64,000 nucleotides of DNA from Macrostomum lignano (lineage: Eukaryota), in NCBI GenBank assembly GCA_002269645.1, contig NIVC01001044.1, forward strand, positions 34,641 through 98,640, written 5' to 3'. Positions within the stretch are counted from its first letter, which is position 1. Every line of letters begins with the position of its first letter. Shown here piece by piece: positions 45,401 through 58,700 of this stretch. Under the pieces are notes generated by a model that was not told the origin of the DNA, did no database searches, and saw nothing but the letters and a program-made list of their open reading frames with translations. Position numbers and translations under genes: made by a program.

Positions 45401-46668
45401 TCGGCTTCTGATGCGATTTTGACAGCATTCGCGCTGCTGTTTTTCGTGCTCGAACTCATAGAACTATTCTCGCTTCCGCCAAACAAAATTTGTTGTTGCA
45501 GAAGCAGGTGGACCAAGTGCTCAATGTACTGGAGAAATGTCTACAACGTGTTCGACTTCATAGCACTGGTCCTTCTGTGGCTTGGCATTGTCTGGAAATG
45601 GATAATATTCGGAAAATCGGAGTACGTCACTGCCTACGCGTGTCAGTCTGTTCTCAGCACGTCGTTCCTTTTTTTTGGATTTCGGTCTGTTGCCTTTCTA
45701 AGCTCGTGGCAAAGGACCGGGGCCGTCATCGTCATACTGAAGAATTTAATCGTCAAAGATTTGGGCCCCTTCTTAGCTATCATTGCCCTTGTTTTCCTGT
45801 CTTTCGGGGTGTTCTTCTTCAATTTGCTGTTCCCGTCAATAACTGCGGAGACTAGCGAAACTCGGGACACATTTTACTGGTGGCGAGTCATGCTGCAGAT
45901 TTTTACAATGCCGTTTGACTTGCTTTTTACCAACTACGATCGCCTTGAGTTCGAAACTCCTACAAGCGGCTCTCCCCAGAAAGTCGGTTCAGTGACAAAC
46001 GCCATCGGGCTATCCTGGTTTCGCAATCTTATGATGTTTGTCTTCCTCCTTCTGGTAAACATTGTAATGGTGAACCTTCTTATCGCTCTGTTTAGTATCC
46101 GAGTGAGTACACTTCACAGTAAGGCCACCGGAATTTGGAGACAGGGAAATTTTGAGCTGCTTCGAGCGTATCAGAGACGAGCTGAACTGTTTCGATGCTG
46201 CGTTGTAAGAAGACCGATTGAACCAGCTGACAACCAAGGCGTGAGAGCAGATTTGATAGTTATTATTATAAAATCAAATCCAATTCAATTCGATTTTAAT
46301 TGCAGTTTCTATTTTATTGCAATCAGCTTTCTTCTCTTGCCTTACAGGTTGTAATAGACGGGAAAAAATATAAAAAGTCATACCTGCGTTACCTGCGTTA
46401 CCAAGCTCAACAACTGCGTAAGATTCGTCCAAGGCTGTCTCAAGAATTGGAAAAAAATCGAAGCGATTTCGAACAGCTAAAAGCGCATTTTGAGAACAAC
46501 ATGGCACAAGTGCAATCTGAGACCAGCGAGGATCTAGCGCACTTACAGCGCAAGTTTAAGGAACTTGAGCACGCTCAGAATCTCAGCCTCCAAGAAATCC
46601 TAGAAATCCTGAAACGTCTGCCACAGCAGAGCCAGCAGGAACCTGAAACTGACCAAGGTAGAAAGTAG
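42438..46668 (+). CDS. Ankyrin-repeat TRP cation channel (divergent group-1 TRP); exons 42438-46240 and 46348-46668, ~1370 aa
   Basis: Many ankyrin repeats (RSAAHYAAM, TPLQYAAQ, GDTLAHFAA, GRTVLHEAV, GATCLHFAC); pre-S1 helical linker ending CIYKLAKKEW; six hydrophobic segments with IVKDLGPF (S4-S5) and NIVMVNLLIALF...W (S6/TRP-box region); C-terminal coiled coil in exon 2. One -1 shift in the A6 run at 43632-43637; GT-AG intron 46241-46347, phase 0. Confidence 0.88.
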
Positions 46669-48416
46669 CAGTGACTGTTGGTAATCAAGCTGATTGCAAA
46701 CTATTGGCTACCTGAGACAGATAGTTTCTTTTTACTCTTACGACTAAAAGTTAGTGTGAGCTGCCTAATATCTCTTATTACAGGTGAAATCTCGAAATTA
46801 GGTCAGAATTTTTAGTATATATAGGATCGACAATAGAAGTATGAAATTAACAAATTAAAATTCGGTCTTAAACATATTACGATAAGAATGCCAGTAGAAA
46901 AGCTTTAAATTTGCTTTTGTTTCAGCAGAAAATACTTTATTTTAAGTCTAAAACCGATAAAAACACAACTACGAGTACATGAGAACTTTAAGCAGTTTTT
47001 TCGAATTCAAAAAGGGATTTGATTCGATCATGAAAAGCGCACTGCAGGGAGCACACACTGCTTCACTATCATACTTTTTATACGGTGAATTTGATGCATA
47101 TGTTTATTTTTCCTGTTTTATTCAGACTTTTTAATTCAAGTTTTTATTACCTTTTTATTCCCAAGAATTTTATAATTGTCTCCGCTGAATGTTTTCAAAA
47201 TTATTCTAGAAGTTTTTTCATTATTATAACAAAATTTACCCAATTTTCTTTTTTATTGCTTATAGTTAATTTATGAAAGACAAAGTTCCATAGGTTTTTT
47301 AATTTTGTTGCTAACCATTTTTAAAAACCGTGAATTTTTTTCTGAAATTGTCCTGAAGCTGTCTTTTGTAGCCACGCAGACTCAAATTTTTAGAGTAGTA
47401 TTTGTAGTTTTAGCTATAGCTAGTGTTGTCATAACTTGCGTGAAGAAACTATTAGAATAATACCTTTGATATGTTAAGCTATTATACTCGTACAATAATA
47501 TGCTCTTATATTCAAGGTTTTCTCGATTAGCTATTTAACAACTCCCCGAAGCAAAATATCAATTTATTCAACGTTGCTTAATTATTCAACGTACGCTCGT
47601 AGATATGCTTTCTGCAGTGCAGGACACGATCTTTAATAAATCTGATAGCTTTAAATGAAATGACCCAAATAAATTCGCTTCTATACGAAAGCTTCTTTTC
47701 TCCATACTGCTTTCTCTGCTGCGATGTGCAACACTTGTATCAACACTTCTCTGGTGAAAAGCCATTTGATTGTGACGAGCAACATGTATTTTTATTATCA
47801 ACAATAAAGCTATCAGTTTTTAATGAACCAAGACCAATTTCAAAGATATGTATGCTGGTTGAGTTTTGGCAGGTTATTTGTGTCAGTTTGAAGAGCTAAA
47901 CCTAGCTCTTATACGCTCGTAAAAAATTACAATTCTCGCTACGGTTGCCCCGAATGTTATTAACAGATGGATGCTGGTAAAACTAACCAGTTCCTCCAGC
48001 TCATCCAGTTCCTCCGGACAACAGGACGTGCCACACTCTTTTCTCCAGAGGACCACACTGTAGGACAGACTGGGGGACCACCCTGACCGACTTCGTACCT
48101 TTGCCTGTCTGCGGGTCTTCAGGGGCTAGCGGAATGGATGACACTTGCCTTCCCGTTGTGTCCAATGGACCAACCTGCAGCTACTCGAAAGTCAAGAAGC
48201 GGGTAAAGTACGAGTATTTCTCAACTGAGTTCACTAGGCACGAATGGTCAGGCATTTATAACCTCATTCACCATGCAGTAGGAGCGCCAGTTATTATTTT
48301 CTGTGGTTGGTCAGCTACTTTCAGTCTCCTTCATACTGAATTTCGAAACTGAGTTAAAGCAAATTCTAATATTTAGGTTACTATCATTATAACTTTTTAA
48401 ACCAAATACTGGAAAT

Positions 48417-48453
48417 ATCTATCTATCCATCTATCTATCTATCTATCTACGAG

Positions 48454-48495
<42 letters not shown>

Positions 48496-48496
48496 G

Positions 48497-48533
<37 letters not shown>

Positions 48534-48740
48534 ATACCAGGCATGGCTGGTTCCAGCAGGTAGTTCCTCTGGATAAAAGCGCTTACCGCGCCCATTGGCT
48601 TTCCAGCTGCCTTAATCGTTTCCGGTGATCTTGTGTGCGTGCTTTCAGCTTGATTGGCTGCGGCAAGCAAGCTCGAAAGAGCTCGCTTCGCTCGCTCTTT
48701 CTCGCTATCTACTATCTATCTATCTATCTATCTATCTATG
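48417..48740. repeat. Two interrupted (CTAT)n microsatellite blocks (48417-48535, 48705-48740)
   Basis: Directly visible. Confidence 0.95.
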
Positions 48741-49300
48741 CATCTATTGCAGCCGCCTGCACATGACTCTATTATGCACTAGCTATCTTGTAAATAGCGA
48801 GAAACTAAAGTTGCTGATGAAAGAGAGTCATGTGCACGCGGCTGCAAATAGTTGCATATATATCCTCGCACATAATCCACCAGTGGAAGAGATTACAGTC
48901 AGCAGTATCGTTTGAGAGCGGGGGCTGTCAGCTGCGCGCAATATAATTGATGAGCTGAGGCCGGCCGTGCAGAGGTCAGCGCTGCTGCCTCATTTGCATG
49001 TGCAAGAGAACCTCGCGGTGTCCCAGCTGCCTCACTTCATCAAGCTGTCAGCCTAGCACCGCTCAGTCTGTAAAAGAGCGCACTGACTAAACCTGACCGG
49101 ACTTGAAATATTCCTACTGAGCTCTGCTGTTCCTGTCCTGTAGAAGAAAAGTTTAAATTTGCTAGTGTAGCGACAAATGAATCAATTTATGGTAAACTTT
49201 TCAACGCATGAAACTGCTTGCAAAAAGTACATCTGTGCAGTAAGAGACTGACGAACGAGTTGGTATGGTTCACACGGGGGGTTTCCTCATTCTCATGGGT

Positions 49301-49578
49301 ATTAGATCCTCATGCGGGATTAGATCCTCGAGTAAGATTAGATCCTCATGCGGGATTAGATCCTCATGCGGGATTAGATCCTCGAGTGAGATTAGATCCT
49401 CATGCGGGATTAGATCCTCGAGTGAGATTAGATCCTCATGCGGGATTAGATCCTCGAGTGAGATTAGATCCTCATGTGGGATTAGATCCTCATGTGGGAT
49501 TAGATCCACATGTGAGATTAGATCCTCATGTGGGAGTAGATCCACATGTGGGAGTAGATCCTCATTCGGGAGTAGATA
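49301..49578. repeat. 18-bp minisatellite (attagatcctcatgcggg), ~15 copies
   Basis: Directly visible; source of the LDPHAG/EIRSSC pseudo-ORFs. Confidence 0.95.
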
Positions 49579-52529
49579 TATAGTGTGTAAAAACTTCATA
49601 TTTTTATGTGCGTTCAGATCTTTTAGTAAGCATATGGCCCCTAAACTCAAATATGTAGTCACCGTTTATCTAAATTAATGACGTCCCGAAGTGTATGCAG
49701 ATGCTGTGCACATTCTAGTGACAGTCAACTTGCACAAAGTGAAGAAGAGATTTGAGAACACACGTTTCGCTGACATCTGCCATGACGTCTCATTGACAGG
49801 CCTATAGTGCACACATTCCGTGACTAAGGCCTAATGCGTGACATGAGACAGGCCAAAATTTCGTGGGCTAAATAGAAACTACGAGCGTACATATGGCTGC
49901 TTTGTTCCGAGGGTCGCTTCTCACAGCCCTCATTGGTGCCCAGACTCCGTTTCTCACTGTGCTATAAGCAAAGCCCAGAAATCCGTTATTACCCAGGCCC
50001 TTTGCTCTGAGCGGGTCATGCTTTGCTGAGCTTTGCAGCTGGCTTACTGACTAATCTGACCTTCATTCACGATTCCTTCTTCATCTAAATGAATTTCCCG
50101 CCCAGCTCTATTGAAAGCTAATTTGGTCCTTTGAGTTTCTTCGGCAGTTTCCTCTTTAGCGCGATGGGCGGAGACTGCCAAGTCTGCCGGCAGGTAATGA
50201 GCTCGCTGTTCAAAGAAGTCAGCGGCACTAGCAAGGTCGGGGGGGGGGATATTTCCTGTGCGGTTTTGACTCAGTCAGGATCGGCAGCGCGTTGCATAAC
50301 CCACATGAAAAAGCAGAATGGCTCTGACTGAAGAGAGGTCCTATTGAATTTGAGTGCCGTCTTACCCCTGGTGTTTCCGGTTTCAAATGATCCCAGTCTG
50401 CTTGGACTGCTAAGCTTTGACTTTCAAGTGCTTCTTTGCAGAGTTTAAGAGACTGCTTGGCGCAGAAACCAACAAATTCAAGGGTTTTTTATTGAATGGC
50501 ACCTGCTTAAGAATGACACTGTGATGCACTTGAGGCATATTGATGAAATATTAGGTTGAAGCGATAAGAGCAGCGGTACAGAATCTTCAAGCCTCTCAAT
50601 GGTGCACTCAGCAAAGAAGTTCTGAGTACACTTCTACGCTTCCAAAAGATGATACTCGATTTAAAGGCAAATCTTTAGTCCGTTACAAAAGAACTGAGCA
50701 GATATGTCAATGTTGATTTTATATTCTATTGATTCAATATTTTGTCCGTGTTTGTCTCGGTGGATTTACGCTCGTATTTCTAAGAATCCCTCTTCTACTG
50801 GTATAGAAGAATACTGGGGAAGACAGACAACGTGTACAGAAAAAGCAGGGATGGATATTTGTTGTCTGACAGCCGGCCTGGGAAACGACAGGGCTTATTG
50901 TGTAGAAGCAGCTCATTCCCTCTCCATAGACAGAGGGCCGGAATGAGTCTGAAAAATGCAGCACGTCAGACACAGTGACATCCGCATCATTCGAACTCGT
51001 CTCTGAATTCATTTTTATCCTGAAAATCCCAGCGGAGCCGAGATCTGAGAAGCGGATGCGATGAGAGTCTGAGACGGGATAAACAGGCGGAGGGAAACGC
51101 AGGCAGAGGTAAATGGATGAGCCGCCCCTGCATTGAGTCCCAGAGCAGGGGAGGCTCTGCAAAGCAGCCGGCACGGCCAAGTGGGAAGGGTAATGAAGAT
51201 GGGATGGATGAGGACTCAGGTCCTGCATTCTTTTCTGCCCCTCTACACTTAGAATTTAATTTTGGCTTCCCTCACTTCAGACCTGAATTCTATTGTGCGC
51301 CTGAAAATCCTAGGGGGAACAGCGCCTCACCAGCGTTCTCCATCTCAGCGCGCTATGGCGGCGTATGAGCACTAAGCATTATTCCTTGCCTTCCCAAGTC
51401 CTATAAATTAAGTCTAGGCAGCTTTTTCTCTCTCTGCCAGGGTCTCCCTTTGCTCCAGTTTGAGAGGGAGCGTATGGTGTGAGACTGATGAAGAGTAATG
51501 AGGCCAGCCTATTGGAGCGTGCGTTGGTCGACGCTCGTGTGGGGGTGTGTTTAAGGGTGGACGTGGCCTGTCGGAGCCAGAAGCGGCCGGAGCGCGATAT
51601 CACTGACAGAGTGAGAACGGCATGTTGAGCCGGGACCAAACCGCGCACTTCGCAGTGAAGAGCCGGGCAGGAAACTGCTAGCTAATACGGGCCGTCTTTC
51701 ATTCACTGCACAGGGGCCGGCTGGCTAGGGCGAGCTGGCAACGAATTGATTTGTCGAGCCAAGCGGACCAGAAAATCTGCTCAACAGGACGCTTTAGCCA
51801 GAGTTTTGCTAAGTAGCCGGCTGGAGTTTTCGCAGACCACATCCCGTTTACATCCGGTCGCATCAGATGTAAGGTATGTTTTAATCCATTTTAACCATTT
51901 TAATCTTGAAATTCAATGGTGTCCGCCTTTGCTTTGAATCCGTTTAACTTTCTTAAAGTTTTCTTAACTTTCTTAACACAAAATCGTCTCTTTGAAAAAA
52001 TGTTTCTACAGCTCGCTCGTTAGATTCGTACGTGTAGTTGAGCTCCCGAAAGTCACTTCACAGTTCAGTTGGCAAGAAGCCACAAATTTGTCTGCTGTAA
52101 AGTTGCCATCAATCAATGGTGGACTTGCCACTGTAGCTGCGGTAAAGTTTGCTTTGAGCCGGATTGATAGCGCTCCGCAGCTGGCACGCATCTCGATGTA
52201 ATCCCGGGCCCAGTTGTTTCGCACGAACTCACCAAGCCGCTGCCCGATGATCCAGTTGTTTAGTTTTTCCTCCGCAGGCTTTCAGGGTAGCTCCTGTCCT
52301 GCTCGTCGGAGAGTGACCCGGAAACAAACAGAAGCCACCCCGGGCAATGCCGGATCGAGGGGAGAAGGCCCGGTTTAGTTCGCAAACACGATCCCTTCCG
52401 GACCGAATGAGTTTTCCCAATCGAGAGCCCCGCCTCTTCAGGAGACTCGCTCCCAGCTGGTACTCAATAAAATGCTCACCAACCGGCACCCGCAGAGAGC
52501 ACTTCACAAGCAGCTGGCCTCGCACGCCA

Positions 52530-53195
52530 ATGGACCGGCCTTTAGCCTACCTGCAACTCGTGCTGGGCATTTCAGCCCTCACTATCGTTATCCTGCTCCT
52601 GTTCCGCCTGTTCACGCAGATTAGCTTTGATCAGGACCCCGCTAGCAACTATGCTTATTACTTCGTCAGCTTTACGCTGAGCGTCATAGCATTGGCATTC
52701 AGCGTGGCGTATGTAGGTTCAGGCGTCACGGCCGTTGTGCTGGTCAAGACGACTCCCTACGGTCCCAGGTACGTGTCCAGCCTGCTGAAGACGCTGATGT
52801 TCAACTCCATGGCTGTGCCCTGCCAGCTAGTGCAGCTCGTTCTGAGTCTGATCGCGCTATTCTACTACGTGACCTCGACTGTGATGCATAGCAAGGAGAA
52901 GCAGACCAAGCGAAACCAGCTGTACCTCTGCGTGGCCGGATTCGGCATCAACCTGCTGCTATGCGGATCTCTCGGTGGCCTCTCCGTTCGGCTCATCCGA
53001 AAAACCTATCACTTATGTGCCAGCGTATCTGCCGGAGAGCTCGAGATGCAGCTACTGAGGCCGGAGAACTGCCCCTGCCGACAGGCTGAGCAGCAGCAGT
53101 TGCGGCTGCAGCTGCAGCACGAGGCTTCTCCGGCGGCCGTACATCTGGGAGGCCACTCCAACGGCGACATCCCGGGCGTCATGGGCCACTATTAG
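52530..53195 (+). CDS. Single-coding-exon four-TM membrane protein (MS4A/CD20-like topology), 221 aa
   Basis: GC-rich 282-codon ORF (52347-53195) with four hydrophobic stretches after MDRPLAYLQLVLG; probable spliced 5' UTR upstream (gt donor ~51873, ag acceptors ~52008 and ~52278). Family assignment is from topology only; an upstream start at 52347 is possible. Confidence 0.6.
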   Translation: MDRPLAYLQLVLGISALTIVILLLFRLFTQISFDQDPASNYAYYFVSFTLSVIALAFSVAYVGSGVTAVVLVKTTPYGPRYVSSLLKTLMFNSMAVPCQLVQLVLSLIALFYYVTSTVMHSKEKQTKRNQLYLCVAGFGINLLLCGSLGGLSVRLIRKTYHLCASVSAGELEMQLLRPENCPCRQAEQQQLRLQLQHEASPAAVHLGGHSNGDIPGVMGHY

Positions 53196-53488
53196 CTGCC
53201 AGATAGCCATCAGAATTTCCAGTCGCAGTGTATCTAAAATTCTTAAGGCAAGCTTTGCGGTCTGCAAGGCGGCGCAACTGATGCTGTGAATTTTATGCTT
53301 TAAAAAGGAAACGTTCAAGAGGCTCTTTTTACGTCGTTTGGAGCTTCAGTGTTTGTATCTATTCGATTTACAATTCCTGATAACTAAGAAACACATTTGA
53401 GAATCGCGTAGGACTAATGGCCTCCAGTGATGTATAGTATTCTACTGTATCTGCTTCTGACATTTCATTTTTGGCAAAGTACTCGCCA

Positions 53489-55206
53489 TTGTAAATTAAC
53501 GCGTAAAGAAAAATCATTTAGAAGAAAATTGTTATGAAAAATAGTTGACGACAAGTTTAATGAGTATTTTATCAGTGTGGAATAGCCAAAAATATTACGC
53601 CATTAAAACAAAATAATAAGCAGATTTAATTTTGTATTATTTGTTCATGTGCTTTATGAGAAATTTTATTGAACCAGTATAATAAAGGAAAGGATTTCAA
53701 AGATAGATCTTATGTACTAAAAAATATCTTGTGTGTCTCTAGGTGTCTGTGTGATTGATTTCAGAAAAAATAACGGCTCAACCGATATTATTCAAACTTT
53801 TATGCTGATTTTATCTGACACTATCTGATCAAAGACTATTAGCACTACTGGGAATTCTTCCACAAACACAAGTCAAGGTGGTGCATAAATCCAACAGTAA
53901 ATTTCACTAAGTGAAGGCTTGCTTTTGATTGAATTGAACGAATTAATAAATGAAAATATACCACAATTGTACTACTTGCTAATGAAAATAATAAAAATGT
54001 CAAATTTTTTTATTAGCAACGAAGTTCAATCCTGACACATTTCCCAGTAAATTTGTGAATCTCTCAAAAATTTAAAGGGATCGCTCATGTTCTTCTTATT
54101 GACGCCGTGTCCCTTCACTACCCACGCCTCGAAGACGGGTAGCGGGGTGCTCCTCTTGCCCAGCCCGCCTCCACCAGCATCAGTTGAGCCATCAATGGCC
54201 ATCTCAACTTCCTCGACGTCGGCATCCTGAGCCGTAGTCTCGGCTCGTTCGTGTGACGTTGTCAGTTGAGGTAGCCCCTCAAGGGCCGTTTTAGCGGAAT
54301 CAGTACCATTCTATAATAAGATGCGCGTTAAACCCGGCCGGTCGATCGATCGATCAATCGGTCCACTCAGCTTTAGATATGAGATTGTTAATTTAATGGT
54401 ATCGTTCTCTAACGTCTGCTTAAAGTAATGCCCAAAGAACTTTAAACAACATTGCGTGCGTTTGTAAAGCCTATGTACAATGCGATCGATAATTTCTGTT
54501 TTCAAGTTGGTTTTTCTCCCCAGCCAATAGAAAAGCCACGCATAAATTATTCTAGCCTGAAATTAAGCTCTCCTCGCGCACCCACCCCCAGCCCGCTCTT
54601 TATCAGTCCTGTCTGGCTGGGGCGCTCGGGGTTAGGTTTCTGTTCTAGTTCTCCTCTCCCTTTCTGCCCTAGTCCCCCTAGTTCTTGTTTAGCTTCTGCC
54701 TAGCTGTCTGGCTGGTTCGATTTTGATTCTGTTCTAAACCACGCCTCTGCCAAGTCTCAGTCACGCCACCGCCACCGTCAATTCTCGACCACGCCACCTC
54801 TACTGTCTGCAACGGGTTCTCGCTACGAGTACCGCTACCAAACGATCACTGCCATCACATCATCGCGATTGCCTCAGGCTCATCGACTCGCTCTATCATC
54901 TATCATCTATCTTTTTGTTGCGGAGCCGCCCAATGCATTCCTTACGGATTCAGCAAATACTCCGGCCCATCTCTATTAACTACCCAGACGGAATAGATAA
55001 TAACGAGCCCTAACCATCCACTCATACGGTTACAATAAATAAGAACTGCGGCCACCGCCCACATCATTCGCTACTATCATCAAGTGCTACCGCTACAAAA
55101 TTTGCCTCTGCCATATTTGTCTTCGTCATTTAATTTCGAGTCTGCTGGTTGATCGTCACAATTCGCTTCCTCGTTGGCTGCTAGTTGGTCGTTCCGTCAT
55201 CTCCTT
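53489..55206 (-). pseudogene. Tandem duplicate of the giant gene's last-exon 3' part plus downstream region, interrupted by a solo LTR
   Basis: 54070-54251 + 55161-55206 match ~55785-56010; 53489-54070 matches 55207-55780 with divergence. Confidence 0.8.
54252..55160 (+). mobile_element. Solo LTR, family 2 (909 bp)
   Basis: tgtgacgttgtcag...tcgtcaca; flanks gttcg / attcg (5-bp TSD, 1 mismatch); the empty site is visible in the paralogous copy near 55965. Confidence 0.85.
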
Positions 55207-55768
55207 GTAAATTAACGTAAAGAAAAATCATGTCGAAGAAAATTGTTTTGAAAAATAGTTGACGACAAGTTTAATAAGTACTCGTATTTTATCAGTGAAG
55301 AATATTCAAAATAGTTCACGCCTTTAAAATGAAAACAATGAGTAGATTTATAAATTTTGTATAATTTGTTCCATGCGCTTAAGTGATATTTGATTGTATA
55401 ATAAATGAAAGGAAGGAGTAGAATCTGTAGTTTTGACATCTCATAATGCATTAATTATTTATCTTGTTTATCCAGTATTTTGACATCAAAGATAGATCTA
55501 TTCTGATTTTAGCTGACCCTTGCCAAATAGTTCATACTTCTAGTACTACCGGAAATTTCCCCTAAACTTAGTTCAAGGTAATGCATAAGTCCGATACTAA
55601 ATTCCAGTAAGGAAGTGTTGCTTGCTATGGAATTAAACGAATTAGTACGTTAAAATATATACCAATATTGTACTGCTTGCTAATGAGAACGATAAGAAAT
55701 CTCCCGATTATTTTATAGCATTGTAATGAATTTCAATCTCGAAAGTTACGAGTAAATTTTTGAAACCC

Positions 55769-58700
55769 TCAAAAGTTAAACGGATCGCTCATGTTCTTCT
55801 TATCGACGCCGTGTCCCTTCACTACCGCCTGGTGCGGGTCCCACGCCTCGAAGACGGGCAGGGGGGTGCTCCTCTCGCCCAGCACACCTCCACCAGCATC
55901 AGTTGAGCCATCGATGGCCGTTTCAACTTCCTCGACATCGGCATCTTGAGCCGTAGTCTCGGCCCGTTCGCTTCCTTGCTGGCTGCTAATTGGTCGTTCC
56001 GTCATCTCCTGGGCCTCGCGCTGCTCTGCTGAATCGCTGCCCGCGTTCACTGGATTAACCAGCTTCTTGGCGCTGTAATGTGATTTTCATAGGTATTTGG
56101 CTTTATACTGCTTTATGTGCTGTGTGAAAGCACTAAAACACGCTCACACAGAGTGTTCAGCGGCCCTGACTTTCTAATCGTCAGGAATGTACACCCTATG
56201 TAACTTTCTAATAGTCAGGAATGTACAACCTATGTAACTTTCTAATCGTCAGGCATGTACACCCTGTGTAACTTTCTAATCGTCAGGCATGTACACCCTG
56301 TGTAACTTTCTAATCGTCAGGCATGTACACCCTGTGTAACTTTCTAATCGTCAGGCATGTACACCCTGTGTAACTTTCTAATCGTCAGGCATGTACACCC
56401 TGTGTAACTTTTTTGGTTGGCTCTGATGAGTGTGAATCACGCGACAACCCTCAACTAACCTTCGTGCACAAGCCCTAAATTCATGTAACGCGCACGGAAT
56501 CAAACCACGGGTCATGTGACGCAAGAGTTAGGCTCGTTTACATGTACCTCTGCTTTAATTTGCCTCGTATAAGTAGATCAGTGTCTGTAACAACTTACAA
56601 CAACTACGATTATTATCTTAGTGGGGCCTGGAAAAAGTGAGATCCCAGACACAGACCTTAATATTTTGATTGTCAATTTAGCCCTGAAAACATAACTTTT
56701 TTTCCAGGAATATATGACCCCTTCTTCACTAGGAGCTACTGAAGCCCCGTCACACCCCTAGATCGCGAGTGAGTTAGCAGCCAAACTAAAACGTAAATCA
56801 CTAGCAAAGCCATTTACCGTAGTCGGGATCTCAGCATCACCGCGCCAATGATGGCGCCGGCCAGCACGAGGGCGACACCCAAGGCGATAAGAGTCGGCAC
56901 GAGCCAGTCCATCAGCGAGATTCCGGGCGGCGGTGTCTCGCAGTCGCCACCGGGCGGGCAGATGCAGGAGGCGCTGCCGTCGTCGCCAACTCTGCAGACC
57001 AGCGGCGGGTCGCAGCGAAGCAGCGCGCACGGGTCGGCGAGCTCGCAGCGGTCGCCCAGCCACCCGACGGGACAGCGGCACCAGTAGCCTTCGTAGCCGT
57101 CGGCCCGCCGCACGTCGCTGCAGTCGGGGTCCCACTCCGGTCCGCGACAGGTTCCGTTGTTCTGGCACGGCATCGCCAGCAGAGCCACGGTGACCTCCGC
57201 CGTGTCCGAGCCGCGCACCGAGCCGTTCAGCTCGAAGACGCCGGCGAACTCAAAGCTGAATCGGCCGTGGCCGCGGCCCTTTGGCCTGAACTCGTACACG
57301 TTAGTGAGCCACTTCGCCTCCTTGGGCAAGTTGTCAATTCCAGCTGGAGGCTGGGCGCTTGAGCTGAGCATAGACAGCTCGTGGCCGCCAGGACTTCTCA
57401 GACTTAGCTTGGCTGTCGCTCGGACTGAGGTGGCGCAGCTGATTGCGAACCTGATGCCGCGCATGTCCGTCTCTTCTTGCTTTATCTGGACGCGGCAAAA
57501 GATTAAAACATATTTTAACTCAAAAATGTACCATAAAACGGAAATAGCTTTCAAGAAAAACAAAGCCATTTCTTACCACCTCCCGCACCGGACCTTTCAG
57601 TGCGGTTCCGTCGCGTACAAAGTAAATATCGGTGCGGAACTGGCCGCCGCTCACGCTGAGCTGGAAAACGCCGCGAGCTTGCTTCGCCGGGACCCCGGCT
57701 GGCGGCTGGTCCGTGACCACCAGCGGCAGGCTCTCCGTCCACTCCAGCTCGTCCACAGTGTAGCTCGGACGGTACACGAGCAGACCGTCCGCTGACAGGC
57801 TGGCCTGGCCGAACTTTGCGTCGCCTCGCAGCTCCCACACGACGGGATCGTCCTCTGGGTCCACGGCCAGCAGCTGCCGCTTGAATTCCACTGAAGATGG
57901 AGCATTTTTAAATAGATAAATGAGCATAAATGCGAAACATTTCACGGCGAGGCCCGGCCCTAGCGAAAAGTTTCTGGCTTGTGAGTACCATGTACTTTTA
58001 TTGTTATTGGTGCACTACAAAAGTACAACACTGCTGACTCACCCAAGACATCGTCACGAACTGTTAGCGATCCAGTGAGCTCCGATTGAATGACTGGTGC
58101 AGAGTTGAAAGGCTGCTTAGAGATGCTGCCCATAGCAAACATTCGCTCCTGACCCAGGCTGACTGGAAGTCCCGCAGTTGCAGCCGTGTCGAACACTCCG
58201 GCCAGCTGCCAAAGCTGCTCATCTGAATGCATTTATAAATTTGCATAAGAATATGTTTGTATCTAGTTCAATTAAACTTAATCCTAAGATTTGCATCCTC
58301 CGATAGTGCTTAAGATTGCTTCAAAGCTTAATTGCTGGGGGTTGTAGCCCAATGGTTAGAGTGTCGGACCTACGACTAAAGGTCGAGGGTTCGCTTCCCG
58401 ACACCACTGGGAACAATTTGTGTCCTTGAGCCAGACACTTAACTCTGGATTGCTTCAGTTCACCCAGCTGTAAAATGGATGCCAGCATTAGCTGGGGTAA
58501 TTGAGGGGGTGTGTGGCGACCCCCCCCCCCCAGTCCTTGGACTGAACAGCCGTACGCAGCCTTCAGATGCGCCGCGCAGTAGCTATATGGTTGAGCTGCT
58601 TTTTACATTAATATTAATTCCTATTACTTCAAGGGTCATAAAAAATATTTCAAGAACCAAGCAATTACCCGCATCCCAATAAATGAGGCTGTCAACAGTT

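Noticed and set aside
47965-48090. Short ORF NQFLQLIQFLRTTGR resembling a LINE ORF2 C-terminus
   Set aside because: Too short and isolated to support a feature call.
58337-58410. tRNA gene
   Set aside because: B box degenerate, no convincing acceptor-stem closure or oligo-T terminator, and it runs straight into a SINE core; called as a SINE head.
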